Below, one piece after another: positions 25,935 through 29,363 of a stretch of DNA of 29,363 bases. Position 1 is the stretch's first letter. Each line of letters starts with the position of its first letter. The DNA is from an uncultured virus (IMG/VR IMGVR_UViG_2061766007_000699) (taxonomy: Duplodnaviria > Heunggongvirae > Uroviricota > Caudoviricetes). Location of the stretch: the IMG/VR virus record IMGVR_UViG_2061766007_000699, one strand, 5' to 3'. The notes beneath the pieces were generated by a model. It made no database searches. It was not told the origin of the DNA and saw nothing but the letters and a program-made list of their open reading frames with translations. A program made the position numbers and the translations under genes.

Positions 25935-26319
25935 TTCGTTGCTAATATCCATAAAGCCCGAATATGCACAGCGCATTTGGGATGGGACGAAAACGATTGA
26001 ATTTAGGCGTGTCGTTCCGAAACGGTTTGTTGGTCGGTATTATGTATATGAAAGCGGAACAGGAGAAATCACAGGATTTTTTGATGTGATGCGAGCGAAT
26101 CTTGACTATTGGAAAGACCACAAGCCCTACTATGGGATTGACCATGACCGTTTAATGACCTATTCTCGTGGACAAAAGATTTGGGGTCTGCATATCACTA
26201 ACGCACATAAATTCCTACAGCCTGTTAAAATGAAATTTATTCTAGATAGGAGACCGCCGCAGAACTTCCGTTATCTAGACAATGCTTCCACAGACCTACT
26301 TGCTAGTTCCCCGTTTTAA
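25924..26319 (+). CDS. ASCH (PUA-like) domain protein
   Basis: LISIKPEYAQRIWDGTKTIEFRR, YVYES, GEITGFF, PPQNFRYL. Confidence 0.82.
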   Translation: MMRNSLLISIKPEYAQRIWDGTKTIEFRRVVPKRFVGRYYVYESGTGEITGFFDVMRANLDYWKDHKPYYGIDHDRLMTYSRGQKIWGLHITNAHKFLQPVKMKFILDRRPPQNFRYLDNASTDLLASSPF

Positions 26320-26334
26320 ATAGTAGGACACGAA

Positions 26335-26496
26335 ATGAGCGAGAAGAAGATTATGCGGGAAGATGTTAAGGATATACACGAGGCATTTCTGTCTTTGGTA
26401 GAAGCCTTGATAGAGACTAACAGAATGAAGATTGAATATCTATCTGCAAAAGTGGCGAAGAGACGGGGTAGCAGAGAAGAGGAGGCCACGAAATGA
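26335..26496 (+). CDS. hypothetical protein (53 aa, not in ORF track)
   Basis: AGGA RBS; MSEKKIMREDVKDIHEAF...EEEATK*, coupled to the next gene. Confidence 0.55.
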   Translation: MSEKKIMREDVKDIHEAFLSLVEALIETNRMKIEYLSAKVAKRRGSREEEATK

Positions 26497-26852
26497 CGAA
26501 CTTTGAGAAGTGGAAGCAGAATATCGTTCCTGAGGACATTGCACTGTGGATGGAAGACATCACCGAAACTTGGATGTGTAAACAGTGTCCCGCTTATGGT
26601 GAATGCGAGAGCGACCAATGCCCTGAAGGTTTCGTGAAGTGGGCGAATGAAGAGGCGAAAGACGAAAATTTTTGTTGGCACACACCTGAACAGATTGAAC
26701 AGGAGAAACGATATTGCTCCAAACGAGATGAACAGCAAGAAGATGATGACGATGGCCTAGTCCTCTACGAAGCTGACATGACGGAAGAAGAGGTCAAGAA
26801 AGCCGATGAAGTTCTTAACCATTACAGACTGAGCAAGGATGATTTGCTATGA
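26493..26852 (+). CDS. MTNFEKWK-family Cys-rich protein with acidic extension
   Basis: MTNFEKWK...CKQCPAYGEC...CPEGFVKWANEE. Confidence 0.7.
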   Translation: MTNFEKWKQNIVPEDIALWMEDITETWMCKQCPAYGECESDQCPEGFVKWANEEAKDENFCWHTPEQIEQEKRYCSKRDEQQEDDDDGLVLYEADMTEEEVKKADEVLNHYRLSKDDLL

Positions 26853-27034
26853 CGAATTTTGAGAAATGGAAAGAAGGGCTGACGGCGCAGAAACTTGGCC
26901 GTATTTGGAAGGATATGGATGTGGGCTGTTGTTGTGAACACTGCCCGGCGCACGAAGTATGCGCCAAAGAAGTGCACAAACATGACAACTGCGGCGAGAT
27001 TTTTCTCTCTTGGGCGAACAGAGAGGTGTCCTAG
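26849..27034 (+). CDS. MTNFEKWK-family Cys-rich small protein
   Basis: MTNFEKWK...CEHCPAHEVC...CGEIFLSWANRE. Confidence 0.7.
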   Translation: MTNFEKWKEGLTAQKLGRIWKDMDVGCCCEHCPAHEVCAKEVHKHDNCGEIFLSWANREVS

Positions 27035-27060
27035 ACTACTAAAACACAAGAGGAAACATC

Positions 27061-27276
27061 ATGACCGAAGAGGAGACCTTGAAGGCATTGCATCTTGGAA
27101 AGTATTGCGTGGCCGTCCAATACACGAACGGAACAATTTACAGAGACCTGTCTAGAACGGCCAACACGCCAGACGAACTGAGAAGCATGATGACGATAAA
27201 CGAAAGACTATACGGAGGGGTCTATTGTTGCGAGACCACATGCGTCAAATATCCCATCCTTCAGGAGAAACGCTAA
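27061..27276 (+). CDS. hypothetical protein
   Basis: GAGG RBS. Confidence 0.6.
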   Translation: MTEEETLKALHLGKYCVAVQYTNGTIYRDLSRTANTPDELRSMMTINERLYGGVYCCETTCVKYPILQEKR

Positions 27277-27277
27277 G

Positions 27278-27760
27278 ATGACCAAGAAAGAACTTTGCGA
27301 AAAACTGTGGCGTCTGAATGAATGCGCCAAGCAACTAGCGGAAGAAACCAAAGCCATCATCATCAGCATGGCCGCACAGGAAGATGAAGAGTGCCACGAA
27401 AACCAAAACAGCAAAGACAGCAAAGACAATAAAGACAGCCGGGACAAAGGCAAAGAGGAAATCTATCGCCCCAAGCCCATCAAAGTCCTAGATGACCCCG
27501 AAAACAAACACAGGTGGAAATACGAATGTCCTTTTTGCAAGAAATTCACAGCGGAGTATGTAAAAGACATTGGAGTTAGCTGTGGTGAATGTGGTCATTT
27601 CGCAAGTTACTATGGATGGTATGAAGGAATTGGATTTGAAGTAGTCCCAACAGACGAAAACACCATTTGGCCCGAAAAGCCGAAATTCAACTATGAAAAA
27701 AGCCAAACCCCAATAGAATCGGCAATAAAAATCATGAAACAACAGGAGCAAAAGAAATGA
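27278..27760 (+). CDS. hypothetical Zn-ribbon protein (MTKKEL N-terminus)
   Basis: CPFC...CGECG; SKD low-complexity linker. Confidence 0.65.
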   Translation: MTKKELCEKLWRLNECAKQLAEETKAIIISMAAQEDEECHENQNSKDSKDNKDSRDKGKEEIYRPKPIKVLDDPENKHRWKYECPFCKKFTAEYVKDIGVSCGECGHFASYYGWYEGIGFEVVPTDENTIWPEKPKFNYEKSQTPIESAIKIMKQQEQKK

Positions 27761-28119
27761 ACGAAGGAAGAAAAGAGCTCTATGATAGAATAATCATGGG
27801 AGACTACAGAGAGAACGGTGACTGCACTTGCAGTTATTATAATTGCAGATTCCGTGGAGAAAATCCTACTCTTGGAGAATTTATTTCTCTGCTTCTAAAA
27901 GGCGGGGAATGGGGCGAAGTGGAAATCGGTGAGAAGTGGTCATTCAATCGTAGGTTTGAATATCGTTGGGGCGAGATAGTCTCTGACACCTTCACCGAAC
28001 AGGAGAAGTCGCGGAAGATTGAATTGGTGAAAATGTATGGAGGATGGTCTATGATGAACTATCTCGTCAATTTCACCGAAGACGAAACGGACAAACTCAA
28101 CGAACAGGAAACCAAGTAG
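27757..28119 (+). CDS. hypothetical protein
   Basis: AGGAG RBS, ATGA coupling. Confidence 0.65.
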   Translation: MNEGRKELYDRIIMGDYRENGDCTCSYYNCRFRGENPTLGEFISLLLKGGEWGEVEIGEKWSFNRRFEYRWGEIVSDTFTEQEKSRKIELVKMYGGWSMMNYLVNFTEDETDKLNEQETK

Positions 28120-28120
28120 C

Positions 28121-28465
28121 ATGAAAACCCAAGAAACCATGCTAGAGGAAATGCGCAAGTCAACGAACTACGGATTTGCCGCCCCGCTGTATGCTCAATG
28201 TCAAAAATTCTATTACCAAGTTCTCAAAACAGCAAAAGCCATGGGATTGTTCAAAGACGAAAACAAGGAACCCGCTCACCCAATCACCAAAGCCCTTGCA
28301 GACATTTCTTGCGCCCAAAGTGAACTCAAACAGTTCATGGAAGAAAACGCATCAGATGTAGCATATTGCCCAAAATGCAATATACCAACTGTAGGCAAGC
28401 ATACAGACGGCATGTATCATTGCGATTGTTGCCATACAATCTTTACACAGGAGACCACGAAATGA
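28121..28465 (+). CDS. hypothetical protein with C-terminal Zn ribbon
   Basis: CPKC...CDCC. Confidence 0.65.
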   Translation: MKTQETMLEEMRKSTNYGFAAPLYAQCQKFYYQVLKTAKAMGLFKDENKEPAHPITKALADISCAQSELKQFMEENASDVAYCPKCNIPTVGKHTDGMYHCDCCHTIFTQETTK

Positions 28466-28725
28466 CCAAGCGTGAAATTTGCCGTGGACTATTCAAGGCA
28501 ATCGGTTATTTGGATGACTACAAGCGTTCGCTTTGGAATGACAAGCGTGCTAAAAAGTCGTTCAACTTTGACGATTTGAGCAGAAGCGTTGACACCATCT
28601 GTGAAGCTATACTCGCTATTGTGCCTGATGACCCGCTAACTTTGCCTAGAATGCGTTGGGAAAGTGGTAAGGTATTGAATATCGTGTCAGAAGAAGATGA
28701 GCAGAAAAAGGAAACCGAAGAATGA
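28462..28725 (+). CDS. hypothetical protein (MTKREI family)
   Basis: AGGAG RBS, ATGA coupling. Confidence 0.65.
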   Translation: MTKREICRGLFKAIGYLDDYKRSLWNDKRAKKSFNFDDLSRSVDTICEAILAIVPDDPLTLPRMRWESGKVLNIVSEEDEQKKETEE

Positions 28726-28898
28726 CGAATTTTGAGAAGTGGAAAGAAAACCTGAAATCAGGAGAAGCATATTATCTCATTGATGGCATGTGCGGCAGTT
28801 GTCCGTCAAAACAATACTGTATAGACAATCCGAATACGAGATGTGAAGATGCGTGGGACTTGTGGGCCAATTTACCCGCCAAGGAGACCGAAGAATGA
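28722..28898 (+). CDS. MTNFEKWK-family Cys-rich small protein (58 aa, not in ORF track)
   Basis: MTNFEKWKENLKSGEAYYLIDGMCGSCPSKQYCIDNPNTRCEDAWDLWANLPAKETEE*. Confidence 0.7.
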   Translation: MTNFEKWKENLKSGEAYYLIDGMCGSCPSKQYCIDNPNTRCEDAWDLWANLPAKETEE

Positions 28899-29098
28899 AG
28901 ACCAAAACGCTTGTATTCATAAGGCATAATAATCCTTCAGACGAAATAGACACCAAACTCAACGAAGCCATCAAGGAAATAGAAGACACTGACTGCTTCA
29001 TCAAAGACATCAAACTATCAACTAACGTTACGGAAAACTCAATAGGAAATGGAATAGTAATCTACACCTATCTCATCCTATACGAAGAAGAACATTAG
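28895..29098 (+). CDS. small protein, Cse60/DUF2758-like
   Basis: EIDTKLNEAI......IKDIKLS.........YTYLILYEE resembles that family's pattern. Confidence 0.45.
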   Translation: MKTKTLVFIRHNNPSDEIDTKLNEAIKEIEDTDCFIKDIKLSTNVTENSIGNGIVIYTYLILYEEEH

Positions 29099-29252
29099 CG
29101 AGAAAAAACCCTAGGAAATCCCAAATCCCCCTAGCAAAATTTTTTCAGAAAGCGATATACAGGAAATCAGTCGCTCCATAAAAAACAGCCTTTAACAGGG
29201 TAAGAATGGATAGCTGAGAGAAAAAGCCCCCGTAAACCGCCNNNNNNNNNNA

Positions 29253-29363
29253 CTTTTCCAAACATTGTCTATGCTCCATCCGCTAGTGGATACTTCAGTC
29301 CANNNNNNNNNNGCTTTTCCAAACATTGTCTATGCTCCATCCGCTAGTGGATACTTCAGTCCA
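29253..29363. repeat. two identical 50-bp copies separated by an N gap
   Basis: CTTTTCCAAACATTGTCTATGCTCCATCCGCTAGTGGATACTTCAGTCCA at 29253-29302 and 29314-29363. Confidence 0.7.

Noticed and set aside
18100..27440. Short in-frame coding repeats (LSEQ/LSEK near 18100, NKxIIE near 20170, SKD near 27410)
   Set aside because: Frame-preserving low-complexity expansions with no sign of switching function.
28442..28450. Extra TTTACACAG promoter box
   Set aside because: It lies in coding sequence as a single copy, with no -10-like hexamer 21 nt downstream.
385..29013. Numerous antisense and alternate-frame ORFs in the track (e.g. 2783-3478, 15698-16201, 23546-24190)
   Set aside because: They are shadows of well-supported genes, with no RBS or recognisable motifs.
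1..29363. Stop-codon reassignment (TAG or TGA recoding), prompted by abundant CTAG and a tRNA with a UGA anticodon
   Set aside because: Conserved genes are full length in code 11 and end at TAG, TGA and TAA appropriately. Anticodon UGA reads Ser UCA and is not a suppressor.
29253..29363. CRISPR array
   Set aside because: Only two copies, 50 bp long, with no readable spacers and no cas operon. The Cas4-like nuclease at the window start is a common stand-alone phage gene.

Overview
A segment of a large, T4-related (Tevenvirinae-like core genes, rearranged order) lytic phage genome using the standard genetic code. The likely host is Fibrobacter or a relative, inferred from a FISUMP (Fibrobacter succinogenes major paralogous domain) lipoprotein. 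Bases 1-17.5 kb hold replication and metabolism genes: a PD-(D/E)XK exonuclease, gp61-like primase, gp4-like head-completion nuclease, two DNA methyltransferases, dNMP kinase, glycosyltransferase, RuvC-like resolvase, amidase, gp41 helicase, Hsp20, SpoVG-like protein, gp62 clamp-loader subunit, rmlB-rmlD-rmlA, a deaminase, ClpP and two tRNAs. Bases 17.5-29.1 kb are a hyperplastic region of short, translationally coupled ORFs, including a third methyltransferase, a phosphatase, an ASCH protein, a minus-strand block and five paralogous MT(N/Y)FEKWK peptides. The most notable signals are: (1) a methyltransferase switched OFF by a G9 tract, a candidate phase-variable phage methylome; (2) an H-type RNA pseudoknot overlapping the RBS of the SpoVG-like gene, reminiscent of T4 gene 32 autoregulation; (3) a recurring TTTACA(-N5-TTTACA)-N21-(-10) promoter class; (4) near-total avoidance of GATC, GTAC, TCGA, ACGT, CGCG and CCAG/CTGG; (5) a T5orf172-nuclease/EcoRI-type methylase fusion; (6) a sigma54-type promoter before Hsp20. 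All family assignments come from motif recognition by eye; no database searches were run.
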